Shown: positions 32,244 through 41,716 of the stretch, piece by piece | Layout: each line of letters starts with the position of its first letter | Numbering within the stretch: the stretch's first letter is position 1 | Source: Bacteriovoracia bacterium | GTDB taxonomy: Bacteria > Bdellovibrionota > UBA1018 > CAIPTA01 | Assembly: GCA_050246755.1 (NCBI GenBank) | Contig: JBFWVL010000003.1 | Coordinates: 224,001-288,000, forward strand | Reading direction: 5' to 3' | DNA: 64,000 nt | The notes under the pieces: generated by a model | The model's input: the letters and a program-made list of their open reading frames with translations, nothing else | Told to the model about the DNA's origin: nothing | The model's database searches: none | Position numbers and translations under genes: made by a program

Positions 32244-33032
32244 ATGACCGATACCGAAATTGAACGCCGTCTCAAAGCTGCCATCCATGACGAACGAAAG
32301 CTATCTTGCGAAATTCTCGAGTTAATCAATCTAGCCGAAGATAAGCGCATTCACCTCCACCGAGGCTATTCTTCGCTCTTTGACTGGCTCACGAAAGCCT
32401 TCCACTATTCTGAGGCCGCAGCTCAACGAAGAATTCAATCAGCGCGATCCTTACGAAAAACCCCTGTGATAGCGGAAAAAATAGAGAGTGGCGCCCTTAA
32501 TATCACCAATCTCGCCAAGGCTGAGTCGTTCTTTCGCCAAGAGCACTCTTCGGTCGAACAGCGACTCGAAATTCTCACCCACCTGGAAGGAAAATCCACG
32601 CGCGAAGCAGAGCAAGTTTTGGCAAAAAAATTCCCCCAAATCCAGCTCCAGCAGGAAAAAATAATCCCACTAAACGAAGAGAGCTCTCGTCTCATTACCG
32701 TGATTAGCAATCAAACCTTGGGCGACCTCGCTAAAATACGCGACGATCTATCCCATAAATTTCCGAACGCTACTCTCGCCGAAATCATCACCCACCTCGC
32801 CGCGGAAGCCGCCGCTAAATGCGAAAAAGAATCCTGTAGCTACCAAGATCCCGCAACGGGAAAGATCTGCGGCACCCGCTACCAGTCTCAGAAGGATCAT
32901 ATTCAGCCCAAGGCCCTGGGAGGATCCAACGAGCCCGGGAACCTGCGCCCCCTCTGCCGCCAGCATAATCTGCTTCGCGCCGAGAAGACGTACGGGCGGG
33001 AATTCATGGACCAATGGCGCCGCCCCAACTGA
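32244..33032 (+). CDS. HNH endonuclease with a DUF222-like N-terminal domain
   Basis: GYSSLFDW...YSEAAAQRRI N-terminal region; C...C...DHIQPKALGGSNEPGNLRPLCRQHN. Confidence 0.88.
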   Translation: MTDTEIERRLKAAIHDERKLSCEILELINLAEDKRIHLHRGYSSLFDWLTKAFHYSEAAAQRRIQSARSLRKTPVIAEKIESGALNITNLAKAESFFRQEHSSVEQRLEILTHLEGKSTREAEQVLAKKFPQIQLQQEKIIPLNEESSRLITVISNQTLGDLAKIRDDLSHKFPNATLAEIITHLAAEAAAKCEKESCSYQDPATGKICGTRYQSQKDHIQPKALGGSNEPGNLRPLCRQHNLLRAEKTYGREFMDQWRRPN

Positions 33033-33057
33033 CGCCCCCCGAAAAAGGGCGATTTTT
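33033..33057 (+). terminator. Putative intrinsic terminator
   Basis: CGCCC-loop-GGGCG followed by ATTTTT. Confidence 0.45.
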
Positions 33058-33117
33058 GCCCGCTAGGAAGCGCCCCGCCCTACCCGCTCGCGCGATTCTA
33101 GGGTAGATTTATTCCCT

Positions 33118-35784
33118 ATGAAGAAGCTTACCGTTGCCGAAGTTCGCGAAACATTTCTCTCCTTTTTCGAGTCCAAGGGATGCACCCGCGAAAAGAGCTC
33201 CTCGCTGGTCCCGGCCAACGACCCCACCCTGCTCTTCACCTCGGCGGGCATGGTGCAATTTAAGGATGTATTCACCGGAAACGAAAAACGCGCGTATACC
33301 CGCGCCACCACGGCCCAGAAATGCCTACGCGCCGGCGGAAAACACAACGACCTAGAAAACGTGGGTTTCACCGCGCGCCATCATACCTTTTTCGAAATGA
33401 TGGGAAATTTTTCCTTCGGCGATTATTTCAAGAAGGAAGCCATCAGCTGGGCCTGGGAGCTGGCCACCGTAAAATTCGGGATGCCGGCCGACAAACTGCA
33501 CGTAACCGTATTCCGCACCGACGACGAAGCCTACGATATCTGGCACCAAGTAGTGGGCGTGCCCAAAGAGAGAATCTACCGCTTCGACGAGGCCGATAAT
33601 TTCTGGAGCGCTGGCGACGTGGGCCCTTGCGGCCCCTGCACGGAAATTTATTTCGATCGCGGCGAAAAATTCATGACCGGAAACCCCGACCTCGACCGCA
33701 TGGGCGGCGACGGCGGGCGCTACCTCGAGTTTTACAATCTGGTGTTCATGCAGTTCAACCGCGACGCTTCGGGGAAGATGAGCCCCCTGCCGAAGCCCAG
33801 CGTGGATACCGGCCTCGGTCTGGAGCGTACCGCCTCCATTCTTCAGGACGTGCCTTCCAACTACGATATCGATGTTTTCCAATCCGTGATCAAAGCGATC
33901 ACGGAGAAGAGCGGCGCCAAGTACCTGCCCGACATGAAAAACGAGACGTCTTCGGCCATCCGCGTAGTGGCGGATCACCTCCGCGCGGTGAGCTTCTTAA
34001 TCGCCGATGGCGTGCTCCCCTCGAATGAGGGCCGCGGCTACGTTCTTCGCCGCATCCTCCGCCGTGCCGTAAGGTACGGAAAAAAGCTCGGCTTCACTGG
34101 CCCTTTCCTGGAATCGCTGGTGCCTTCTCTCGTGCAATCAATGGGCGCGGCGTATCCGGAGCTAAAAGAGCGCCAAGCTTTCATCCGTGAGGCCGTGAAG
34201 GCCGAAGAAGAAAAATTCTTCCAGACCCTCGAGCGTGGCCTGGAAATCCTAAATTCTGAAATGGCAAAATTAAAACCCGGCCAGAAACTTCCCGGCGCGG
34301 TGGCCTTCCTGCTCTACGATTCCTTCGGCTTTCCCCTCGACCTCACCACCGTGGTGGCCCGGGAAAAAAATATCGAAGTAGACGAAAAGGCTTTCGAAAC
34401 CGCCATGGAGAAGCAGCGCGCCCAGTCTCGCGCCGCGCAAGACGTCGATGGCCCGGCCCATTCGCACGACACCTACGATACGCTCGCGAAAAAATTAAAG
34501 CCCACTCACTTCACGGGCTACGAGAACCACCAGGACGAAGGTAAGCTTCTCGCCCTTCTGCAGAACGGCCAAGAAGTGCAAAAAATCAGCGCCGGCGCGT
34601 TCGAAGCAATCTTCGATAGATCTCCATTTTATGGAGAAAGCGGCGGGCAGGTAGGAGACAGCGGCGAGATCCACGCGAAGGGCGTGAAGGTCGCGCTCGT
34701 AAAAGACGTAAAAAAAGCCGGCTCCGGTTTCGCCGTGGTGAAAGGCGTGGTGGAGGGCGGGACCCTCGAGGTGGGGCAATCTTACCTACAGCTCACCAAG
34801 CGCGATATTCGCCTTAAAACGATGGCCAATCATACCGCCACTCACCTGCTCCACTGGGCGCTCCGCAAAGTGCTCGGCACCCACGTGAAACAAGCAGGCT
34901 CGCTCGTTTCTCCCGAACTCCTGCGCTTCGACTTCACCCATTTCAAGGCGATGACCGACGAGGAAAAAAGTCAGATCGAAGACATGATCAACGATCGCAT
35001 CGCCGACGCCCAGCCGCTTCAGACGAAGCTCATGAGCAAAGACGCGGCGATCGGTGCCGGCGCCATGGCCCTCTTCGGCGAAAAATACGACGACGAAGTA
35101 CGTGTGGTCTCGATCGGCGACGGCTACTCCACTGAGCTCTGCGGCGGAACCCACGTAGACAATACCGCGCAGATCGGCTGCTTCGTGCTCGTGTCGGAAG
35201 CCGGAGTGGCCGCGGGCGTGAGAAGGATCACCGCCTATACCAGCACCACCGCCGTGAATTACCTGAAGACCAAAGCCAAAGCGCTCGACCATATCCGCGA
35301 ATCGCTCAAAGCTACGAGCCCAGAAGACGCCATCGCCAAAGTCGATCGCCTGCAAACCAGCGCGAAAGAATTGGAGCGAAAAATTTCCGGCATGCAGGCG
35401 GAACAGGCCGGCGGCTTGGCCAAAGACCTCGTTGCCAAGGCAAAAAAACTGGGGGGTACCCACGTGGTGATCCATCACCTGAAAGACGGCGGCGCCGAGG
35501 GCCTCAAAACTCTTGGCGAGCGCCTGAAGGATCATTTGCCCAGCGGAATTATCGTGATTGGCACCACCGATGCGGCCGTGAATAAGGCGTTTCTCCAAGT
35601 GCAGGTGACGGGCGACCTTACCAAAACTTACAATGCCGGCAAGCTCATCCAGGCGGCGGCCCCCCTAATCGACGGAAAAGGCGGAGGAAAGCCTGAGCAG
35701 GCACAGGCCGGTGGCACGAAGCTCGCGGGCCTCACGGATGCTCTGGCGCATATCGAATCGCTCTTATCCTCCTTGGGAATTTGA
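33118..35784 (+). CDS. alaS: Alanine--tRNA ligase
   Basis: DPTLLFTSAGMVQFK, RHHTFFEM, NHTATHLLH, ELCGGTHV, GKGGGKP. Confidence 0.99.
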   Translation: MKKLTVAEVRETFLSFFESKGCTREKSSSLVPANDPTLLFTSAGMVQFKDVFTGNEKRAYTRATTAQKCLRAGGKHNDLENVGFTARHHTFFEMMGNFSFGDYFKKEAISWAWELATVKFGMPADKLHVTVFRTDDEAYDIWHQVVGVPKERIYRFDEADNFWSAGDVGPCGPCTEIYFDRGEKFMTGNPDLDRMGGDGGRYLEFYNLVFMQFNRDASGKMSPLPKPSVDTGLGLERTASILQDVPSNYDIDVFQSVIKAITEKSGAKYLPDMKNETSSAIRVVADHLRAVSFLIADGVLPSNEGRGYVLRRILRRAVRYGKKLGFTGPFLESLVPSLVQSMGAAYPELKERQAFIREAVKAEEEKFFQTLERGLEILNSEMAKLKPGQKLPGAVAFLLYDSFGFPLDLTTVVAREKNIEVDEKAFETAMEKQRAQSRAAQDVDGPAHSHDTYDTLAKKLKPTHFTGYENHQDEGKLLALLQNGQEVQKISAGAFEAIFDRSPFYGESGGQVGDSGEIHAKGVKVALVKDVKKAGSGFAVVKGVVEGGTLEVGQSYLQLTKRDIRLKTMANHTATHLLHWALRKVLGTHVKQAGSLVSPELLRFDFTHFKAMTDEEKSQIEDMINDRIADAQPLQTKLMSKDAAIGAGAMALFGEKYDDEVRVVSIGDGYSTELCGGTHVDNTAQIGCFVLVSEAGVAAGVRRITAYTSTTAVNYLKTKAKALDHIRESLKATSPEDAIAKVDRLQTSAKELERKISGMQAEQAGGLAKDLVAKAKKLGGTHVVIHHLKDGGAEGLKTLGERLKDHLPSGIIVIGTTDAAVNKAFLQVQVTGDLTKTYNAGKLIQAAAPLIDGKGGGKPEQAQAGGTKLAGLTDALAHIESLLSSLGI

Positions 35785-35831
35785 AAAGTCTCCGCTATAG
35801 TTCCTCCGGGATTCATCCCGGAGGAAAAATC

Positions 35832-37598
35832 ATGAAACGTTTTTTCGTTAGCGTATTGGCGATCTTGACCCTCACGGCGTGCACCACGCGCCAGGCCGAA
35901 GAAGGTAAGGTGCTTCACCTCGTGCTCAGCGAGGACATTAAGTCCCTCGATCCGGCCACCGCCTACGATTCCGTTTCTCTCACCGTGATGCCACTCACGA
36001 TGGAAAGCCTCTACCAGTATAAGTACACGAAGCTTCCCCTCGAGCTCGAGCCGCTGCTGGCCGAAGGCATGCCAGCGATCTCGAAAGACAAAAAAGTATT
36101 TACCATCACCTTACAAAAAGGCGTGAAGTGGCAGGACGACGAAGCTTTTCCCGGCGGCAAAGGCCGTGAGCTGAAAGCCCAAGATTTTATCTACGCCTGG
36201 AAGCGTATGCTGCTACCCCAAATCCGGAGCCCCGGCACCTGGATGTTCGATGGAAAAGTGGTGGGCTGGGACGAATACCGCAAACGCCTCCTCGAAAACC
36301 GTGCCGACGCGGATAAAATCCTCGAAGAACCCGTGGCCGGCCTGAAGGCCGTGGACGACTATACGCTCGAGATCCGGCTGCTGCAGCCCTACCCGCAGCT
36401 GCTCAATGTTTTGGCCATGGGCTTTGGCTCTCCCGTAGCGAAAGAAGTAATCGCTAAATACGGCAACGACGGCATGACGGAACGTATGGTGGGCACCGGT
36501 CCCTTCCGTCTCGTGCAATTTACCAAGGGATCGAAAGTAATCCTGGAAAAAAACCCAACCTTCCGCGGAGAAAACTATCCCTCTGACGGAGACGAGGATG
36601 CGAAAGCCACCGGCCTTCTTCAGGCAGCGGGCAAGCAGCTCCCCTTCGTGGATAAAATCGTTTTCGACGTGATCAAGGAAGACCAGCCGGCCTGGCTACA
36701 GTTCCTTAAAGGAAACCTCGATGCCGCCGGAATCCCGAAAGACAGTTTCTCGAGCGCGGTGGAAAAAGGCGTGCTTCGTCCGGAATTAGCCAGCAAAGGC
36801 ATCGGGCTCCGTAAAGCGGAAGAAGCCGTGTCCTGGTACCTCAACTTCAACATGAAGGATAAAATCGTGGGCACAAACGCGAACCTGCGTAAAGCCCTCT
36901 CGATGGCCATCAACCGCGACGAGTTCATCGAGAAATTCCTCAATGGGCGCGGAGTAAAAGCCACGAGCATCGTTCCCCGCGTGATAGCTGGATTCACCGG
37001 CCGCACCGAACTGGTGAACGATTTCAATCCCGAGCTGGCCAAGCAATATCTGGCGAAGGCCGGCTATCCGGGCGGCAAGGGCTTGCCCACCATCAAGTAC
37101 GACCTCCGCGGCCCTTCCACCACCGCCCGCCAGCAGGCCGAATATTTCAAAAAGCTGCTCGCGGACATTGGTGTGAATATCGAAATCGTGGTGAATACTT
37201 TCCCCGCCTACCTCGAAAAAGAAAAGAATGGCAACCTGCAGTTCTTCATGGGCGGCTGGAGCGCGGATTTTCCCGATGCCGAGAACTTTCTATTCCTGCT
37301 TTCCTCGAAGAACGTAGCGCCCGGGCCTAATGCCTCGAACTACGTGAATCCGGCCTTCGATAAGATCTACGAGAACGTGGCCAAGATGTTGCCCTCCCGC
37401 GAACGCGACGCCCTGATCCGGAAGGCGGAAGACATTGTGTTCAACGATGGAGTATGGTCGATGCTCTTTTATCCCGTGCGCTTCAATATCCACCACGGCT
37501 GGGTGAAAAACTTCCGCCCCAATGCGCAAATCCTCAACGACGTAAAATACCTCGATTTGGATCTCGAGAAGAAAAAAGAACTGAAGAAGCACCTATAG
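35832..37598 (+). CDS. ABC transporter substrate-binding lipoprotein, family 5
   Basis: Lipobox LTAC, SLDPA, EPLLAEGMP, VGTGPF, GWSADFPDAENFL; GGAGG RBS. Confidence 0.92.
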   Translation: MKRFFVSVLAILTLTACTTRQAEEGKVLHLVLSEDIKSLDPATAYDSVSLTVMPLTMESLYQYKYTKLPLELEPLLAEGMPAISKDKKVFTITLQKGVKWQDDEAFPGGKGRELKAQDFIYAWKRMLLPQIRSPGTWMFDGKVVGWDEYRKRLLENRADADKILEEPVAGLKAVDDYTLEIRLLQPYPQLLNVLAMGFGSPVAKEVIAKYGNDGMTERMVGTGPFRLVQFTKGSKVILEKNPTFRGENYPSDGDEDAKATGLLQAAGKQLPFVDKIVFDVIKEDQPAWLQFLKGNLDAAGIPKDSFSSAVEKGVLRPELASKGIGLRKAEEAVSWYLNFNMKDKIVGTNANLRKALSMAINRDEFIEKFLNGRGVKATSIVPRVIAGFTGRTELVNDFNPELAKQYLAKAGYPGGKGLPTIKYDLRGPSTTARQQAEYFKKLLADIGVNIEIVVNTFPAYLEKEKNGNLQFFMGGWSADFPDAENFLFLLSSKNVAPGPNASNYVNPAFDKIYENVAKMLPSRERDALIRKAEDIVFNDGVWSMLFYPVRFNIHHGWVKNFRPNAQILNDVKYLDLDLEKKKELKKHL

Positions 37599-37604
37599 AC
37601 GGCC

Positions 37605-37643
37605 AGCGGGCGTCGGATTTCGGTCTGCCGCTCGCTTCCTTTC
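37605..37643 (+). terminator. Putative terminator hairpin
   Basis: AGCGGGCG...CGCTCGCT stem followed by TCCTTT. Confidence 0.45.
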
Positions 37644-37823
37644 GGTACTCGGCATTGGGCCTATGCAAAAATTTTGCTATACATAAACCTCATATACGTC
37701 CTTTTTCGCCCCTGCCCCCCTCCCACACGTTAGCGTTTTCCAAAATCAGCCGGGACAAGCATCCAAAACTCGCTTAAAATTTACCTAACTAGATTTAGTC
37801 AGGCGCTCCACCGGCAAAAAACT

Positions 37824-38201
37824 ATGGCCCCCGCTCCCGAAAAGCTGACCTATTTTCTGAACGTAAAGAAATTTACGCTCGTGGCTTCGTTCACCGGAGC
37901 GTTCGGAGAAGACTGCGGAACGCTGCTACAGAAGTGCATCGAAGAGATCCGCCAAAACAAGGATGTACGTTTCGTGGTGCTCAATATGCAAGGCGCTACG
38001 GCAATCGATCCGGGAGCCATCCGGGCCTTTGCCCAGTTTCAGGTATTTCTCCGGGAGGGCCGTAAAATCTACCTATCCGGCCTTACACACACGGTGGAGA
38101 AATCCCTGAATGACGCCGGCATCTTGCGGACCACGGAAGTAGGCACGGATCTGATGTCCGTATTACAATTGATTCTCAAGACCGAAACCGGGGTCGCGTG
38201 A
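37824..38201 (+). CDS. STAS-domain protein (anti-sigma factor antagonist-like)
   Basis: FVVLNMQGATAIDPGAIRAF...IYLSGL...LNDAGI pattern; the phosphorylatable Ser of DSSG is replaced (DPGA). Confidence 0.75.
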   Translation: MAPAPEKLTYFLNVKKFTLVASFTGAFGEDCGTLLQKCIEEIRQNKDVRFVVLNMQGATAIDPGAIRAFAQFQVFLREGRKIYLSGLTHTVEKSLNDAGILRTTEVGTDLMSVLQLILKTETGVA

Positions 38202-39541
38202 TGAAGATTTTGCTCGTGAATGACAAAGATGTCGTGGGGGATATCATCGGGCTGGCCATCGAGAACTATTTCGATGGTAGCGTTGTGGAGCTCACTACCT
38301 CTCCCGCCGAGGCCATCGCCCGTTTAGGCCAAGATGCCGGTTTTTCTTTCGTGATTTCCTCCTATTCCTTCCAGGACGGCACAAACGCCGAAATCTTGCT
38401 CGAGCATTTGGCCGGCAGAAACGGCCCTCCCCTGGTATTAATAACGGGCGAGAAACTAACTTTTAAGACGCCTGGCCCCGCTGCCCTCGTGCCCGAGCCT
38501 CTCGAGATCAAAGTGCTCGTGGAAAAAATCGAGGCCCTCATACCACGCGAAAAGCAAGGCGGGCGGGAGCAGCGCTATTGCCGCGTGGCCACCAAAACGC
38601 TGCTCCTCTCCAGCGAAAAATACGAGGTAGATCTCTTCATCAAGCTTTCCGAAGAAAAATACGTGAAGGCGATCAACGTGGGGGATTTTTTCAGCCCCGC
38701 CGACTACGAAAAATTCTCGGCCAAAAAAGTCACTTTTCTCTACGTGCGGCGCGAGGATTTTCTGTCGCTCGTGGACCGCTGGATGAAAGACCTGCAAAAA
38801 ATGAGCGCCGCCAAACCGGGCGAAATTTCGCTGGCCGATGCGTTGAACGTATTTTCCTCCATTCATTCCACCGTGCATGCCGCGCTCGGCGACGAAGGAT
38901 TTTCCCCGGAGATCAAAAAGCTCACTGAGGCTTCCGTGAACCTCGCCATCCGCACCATCCAGGACAATCCCAAGCTCTCGGAGCTTTTCGATAAACTCAA
39001 AGAGAATATCGTGCCCTACATTAGCGCCCACAGCACGGCGCTCACTTTCCTCTCTTGCCGCCTGGCTTCGCTCATCGATTGGAATTCCGATACCACTTTC
39101 TATAAACTCTCGCTCGCCGCCTACCTGCACGACATCACAATTGAGCAAGACGACTGGGCAAAATATTCCACCCGCCTGGAAATCCTTCAGAGCAGCCTTA
39201 CGGAGAGCGAGGTCCGTAAGCTTTTTCAGCATCCCGCTACGGCGGCGGCGCTGGTTTCCGAAATCGAAGGCATTCCCGGCGAAGTAGGGTTCATCATCGA
39301 ACAACACCACGAAGCCACCGAGGGAGAGGGCTTCCCGAACGGAATTACCCACAAAGATATCAGCCCCATTTCCGCGCTATTCATCATCGCTCACGATGCG
39401 GTGTCCGAAATGCATCGGAATCCCGAAGCCTTCGACTTCAAGGATTTCCTGCGCGCGCGGGAAAAATCCAAAACTTACGTGCGCGGCTCACTCGGCGTAG
39501 TTTTTCGCTCTATTCTGGAAAAAACCGCCGATAAGGAATAA
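38198..39541 (+). CDS. Receiver-like plus HD-GYP-like domain protein
   Basis: KILLVND...FVISSY receiver-like region; AAYLHDI, HP, QHHE...GEGFPNG. Confidence 0.8.
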   Translation: MMKILLVNDKDVVGDIIGLAIENYFDGSVVELTTSPAEAIARLGQDAGFSFVISSYSFQDGTNAEILLEHLAGRNGPPLVLITGEKLTFKTPGPAALVPEPLEIKVLVEKIEALIPREKQGGREQRYCRVATKTLLLSSEKYEVDLFIKLSEEKYVKAINVGDFFSPADYEKFSAKKVTFLYVRREDFLSLVDRWMKDLQKMSAAKPGEISLADALNVFSSIHSTVHAALGDEGFSPEIKKLTEASVNLAIRTIQDNPKLSELFDKLKENIVPYISAHSTALTFLSCRLASLIDWNSDTTFYKLSLAAYLHDITIEQDDWAKYSTRLEILQSSLTESEVRKLFQHPATAAALVSEIEGIPGEVGFIIEQHHEATEGEGFPNGITHKDISPISALFIIAHDAVSEMHRNPEAFDFKDFLRAREKSKTYVRGSLGVVFRSILEKTADKE

Positions 39542-40653
39542 AGCGCGTCTTTGAGCGCGAGCAGTGCCGCCGCTTGAAAAATGGCCAGGAAAGGAATCAC
39601 CGGAATGAGCGTTCGCTTGTTTCCGAATATCACTAGGGGCGGTAGCAGCGTGGCCGCTAATAAAAGATAGAACGGCCAGCGGGAGCGGCGTAGCGAAACG
39701 GCCAGGCCGACAAAAACCAGAATGCAACCGACTAAATCCAAGGTGGGCTCCCACCCCGTCCTTCCCATCCCTTCGGGCGGTACTGCCCATACGTCGGGCT
39801 GAATGCCCCACAAATACTGGAAGCGCTCCCCTACCAGCCAAAAAAAATGGGCCGGGCGCTGAAGCACAAAGGCCCAGCCGCTCGGCTCCACGATAATGGG
39901 ATGGGGATACCCTACCCCTAGGGCGTTGGGATTATTGCCCAGCCGAAAAAGAAGATCTCTCCTTTCCATCACCCATATCCATTGTCCGGATTTTAGCGAA
40001 TAGAGCGCACACCAGAGAAAGACCGGCGTGAGCGTGACGGCCAGGGAAAGCCAGTCTCCGCGGCGGCGCCCCCCCTTAAGCAGGCGATAGAGCGGGATCA
40101 CTAGCAGCGCGGCGAATCTAGCGTGAAATAAGATCAATAGGCAGAGCAGCGCTCCCGCCAGAACGCCGGAAATTTCGCTTCTCTCAGAAAACTCCAGGCT
40201 CGCCCACGCCAGCAACAAAAAACCCACCAGGGTCTCGTATTGGATCATGTTGGCGTAGTAAACCCAGGAAAGTGAGCCGGAAAAGATCACCATGGCTACT
40301 ACCGCCAAATCGGAGGAAAAATATTTTTTGGCCAAGCGGAACGTAAGCCACAGAGCAAGCGCGAAAAAAAACAGCGCGCAGATTTTGCTGGCGGCCACTA
40401 TATCGCCGGTGCCGAGCAGTATCGATAGCCACCATTGGTAGGCGGGGGAATGATAAGTATCGGCCATGGAGAAAATACTTTCTCCCGCCGCCAGCCTGCG
40501 GGCCCCTTCCAGGTAACTGTTTCCGTCAATGGTGAGCACCGGATGGGGCCAGGGCTTGCCCCACTGGGTCAGCGTGAAAGCGATGGCGCGATAAAAGTGG
40601 AAAAGCACGAGGAGAAGGCCGCTCAATAGGAAAAGATGTCTTTTGGGCCTCAT
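39475..40653 (-). CDS. ArnT/GT39-like membrane glycosyltransferase
   Basis: DGNSY..GARRLAAG...YHSPAY loop, YETL, multiple TMs. Confidence 0.7.
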   Translation of the reverse strand: MRPKRHLFLLSGLLLVLFHFYRAIAFTLTQWGKPWPHPVLTIDGNSYLEGARRLAAGESIFSMADTYHSPAYQWWLSILLGTGDIVAASKICALFFFALALWLTFRLAKKYFSSDLAVVAMVIFSGSLSWVYYANMIQYETLVGFLLLAWASLEFSERSEISGVLAGALLCLLILFHARFAALLVIPLYRLLKGGRRRGDWLSLAVTLTPVFLWCALYSLKSGQWIWVMERRDLLFRLGNNPNALGVGYPHPIIVEPSGWAFVLQRPAHFFWLVGERFQYLWGIQPDVWAVPPEGMGRTGWEPTLDLVGCILVFVGLAVSLRRSRWPFYLLLAATLLPPLVIFGNKRTLIPVIPFLAIFQAAALLALKDALYSLSAVFSRIERKTTPSEPRT

Positions 40654-40680
40654 CGAGAACAATTTTACCCGACTCTCAAT

Positions 40681-40710
40681 AAAAAAAGCCACCGTTTGCA
40701 CGGTGGCTTT
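40681..40710 (-). terminator. Intrinsic terminator of the PilZ gene
   Basis: AAAGCCACCGT-N4-ACGGTGGCTTT with a poly-T tail on the minus strand. Confidence 0.85.
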
Positions 40711-40729
40711 CCTGGATGGCGTAACTAAA

Positions 40730-41188
40730 TCAATAGAAAACTTTTAGGTGGGCATCGTCCTTGTGGCCGTGCTCGGCGCACTTAGTGATGAATTGCACGA
40801 AGTGAAAGATTGCGGCGTAGGATGCCATGGTCTTATCCATTAGGCAGCCGTAGCGATGCACGGCGCGGCCGTCTTCGATGGCACTAAAGGATCGAACCAC
40901 GCGCACATCGATGGAAATGAAGTGATCGGTGGCGAAATAAAAGCGCACGGGAATCACGGAGCCCGTATCGAGCTTCAGGGTGCTATTCTCGGAAGTCTGG
41001 AACTGCATCCCGCCTTCGGAAATATCCACTACTTCGATGGCGTGCAAGCCGCCTTCTTCGAGCACGGTATATACCCCGAAGTTTGAGCGAAAAACTACGC
41101 GCTCATACGTCCGGCGTTTTTCTTCGATCAACTCTTGGCGTACCGAAGAAAGATTAACTACCTGCTGGTTGGTGAAATTTTTACCCAT
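40730..41188 (-). CDS. PilZ domain protein
   Basis: RTYER (RxxxR) and DISEGG (DxSxxG). Confidence 0.88.
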   Translation of the reverse strand: MGKNFTNQQVVNLSSVRQELIEEKRRTYERVVFRSNFGVYTVLEEGGLHAIEVVDISEGGMQFQTSENSTLKLDTGSVIPVRFYFATDHFISIDVRVVRSFSAIEDGRAVHRYGCLMDKTMASYAAIFHFVQFITKCAEHGHKDDAHLKVFY

Positions 41189-41218
41189 GGAAAGCTCTCC
41201 TGCTTTGTTCTGTAGTTA

Positions 41219-41246
41219 AGATCGGCAGGAGTGACCAAAGAGTTTA
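41219..41246 (-). promoter_or_regulatory. sigma28 (FliA)-type promoter
   Basis: TAAA-N16-GCCGATCT, 30 nt upstream of the PilZ ATG. Confidence 0.7.
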
Positions 41247-41324
41247 CACAAAAAGCAGAAGTGCCTAAATTTCCTCGCGGATAATTGAGCGTATTGTTCC
41301 GGATACCTGACGGATCCGTGTAGA

Positions 41325-41702
41325 CTATTCTACGAGGACGCCGGCGCTCTCGGCGCTATCGAAGAAGCTCTGGAGGTGAGCCACGGCCTTCACGGCGGGG
41401 CTCTCGGCGTCGAGGAACTGCACGGCAACCTCACCCTTCCCCACCCGCACCACCACGCATTCTAGGGGGAGATAAAAGGCAGGATTGATATAGAGACGGG
41501 CCGAAACTTTCTGCCCCTGCGCGAGATCGGTTTCCATTTCGGAACGAAAGCAAAGTCCGGTGGCCGACAGATCACGCATATAAATCCGCACCATTCCGTG
41601 GACGGAGGGAATCACGAGAAAAAGATTGAAGCTTTCCTGTACCGCCATGCGCTGCGCTTTGCGCCTCTCGTCCTGAACCTCTTTTTTATTTTTACCGGCC
41701 AT
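41325..41702 (-). CDS. PilZ domain protein
   Basis: RKAQR and DLSATG motifs. Confidence 0.85.
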   Translation of the reverse strand: MAGKNKKEVQDERRKAQRMAVQESFNLFLVIPSVHGMVRIYMRDLSATGLCFRSEMETDLAQGQKVSARLYINPAFYLPLECVVVRVGKGEVAVQFLDAESPAVKAVAHLQSFFDSAESAGVLVE

Positions 41703-41716
41703 CTAGATTCTCCAAA

